From contig NYZR01000010.1 of the NCBI GenBank assembly GCA_002687255.1, forward strand, positions 1-10,262: a stretch of 10,262 bases of DNA. Reading direction: 5' to 3'. The translations under genes were made by a program, and so were the position numbers. Below the pieces are notes generated by a model. The model was not told the DNA's origin, searched no databases, and was given only the letters and a program-made list of their open reading frames with translations. Below, piece by piece: positions 10,142 to 10,262 of this stretch (position 1 is the stretch's first letter; each line of letters opens with the position of its first letter). Origin of the DNA: Candidatus Pacearchaeota archaeon. Lineage in GTDB: Archaea > Nanobdellota > Nanobdellia > Pacearchaeales > GW2011-AR1.

Positions 10142-10262
10142 ATGGATGAGAAAGTGTTTGAGGATGTGGGGCTGACGCATAATGAGGTGTTGGTTTGGAA
10201 GGCTCTTTTGAAACTTGGATCTTCGACAGCTGGGCCATTGACTCGGGAAAGTGGATTACATC
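10142..10262 (+). CDS. TrmB/MarR-like winged-helix transcriptional regulator, N-terminal fragment (runs off window)
   Basis: This gene is not in the supplied ORF track because it is open-ended. The frame is open from ATG 10121 (MRFVEKG...) and ATG 10142 (MDEKVFEDVGLTHNEVLVWKALLKLGSSTAGPLTRESGLH) to the window end. The pattern GL(T/S).nE..V..aLl.lG..ta..l...sG is the TrmB-family N-terminal wHTH signature. TATA spacing favours the 10142 start. Confidence 0.65.
   Translation, partial: MDEKVFEDVGLTHNEVLVWKALLKLGSSTAGPLTRESGLH

Noticed and set aside
10049-10180. N-terminal 44-aa extension of the 9797..10180 ORF
   Set aside because: It would run through both TATA boxes, the palindrome and the start of the divergent regulator gene. 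ATG 10048 sits at canonical leaderless distance from TATA 10069-10076.
1-10262. CRISPR arrays, IS elements or transposases, integrases, toxin-antitoxin or known defence genes
   Set aside because: No regularly spaced repeats were seen. No DDE, serine or tyrosine recombinase-like ORFs were seen. No recognisable nuclease, ATPase or defence-domain signatures were seen in any supported CDS.

Overview
The window is archaeal chromosomal DNA. Evidence: an aRF1 release factor with NIKS, YxCxxxF and GGQ motifs, an archaeal-type ValRS, and TATA-like boxes 27-31 nt upstream of the start codons of operon-head genes, which implies leaderless mRNAs. I saw no rRNA, canonical tRNA, CRISPR array or IS/transposase. 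Gene orientation switches once, at 4453-4459. The left half (+ strand, 151-4452) encodes three membrane-anchored, beta-sandwich (Ig/CARDB-like) surface proteins, then a coiled-coil protein and a small hypothetical. Two unusually long non-coding stretches lie here; 1660-1790 is GC-rich with clear nested stems and is a candidate structured RNA. The right half (- strand, 4460-10048) is one tightly packed gene string: small charged protein, signal-peptide beta-barrel-like protein, 3-TM miniprotein, SAM methyltransferase, valS, prf1 and a possible 72-aa ORF. It is transcribed divergently from a partial TrmB-like wHTH regulator at the right edge. Main points for follow-up: (1) a 217-aa protein that looks like a bacterial outer-membrane 12-strand beta-barrel (Sec signal peptide, about 12 amphipathic strands, C-terminal Phe, Tsx/OmpK-like N-terminal pattern), sitting inside an archaeal operon with native codon usage; (2) a very strong G+T excess on the + strand that ignores gene orientation, so + and - genes use opposite synonymous codons and long antisense shadow ORFs appear; (3) the structured GC-rich element at 1660-1790; (4) the surface-protein cluster; (5) a palindromic candidate operator between two divergent TATA boxes. 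All family assignments come from motif recognition by eye. No database search was possible.
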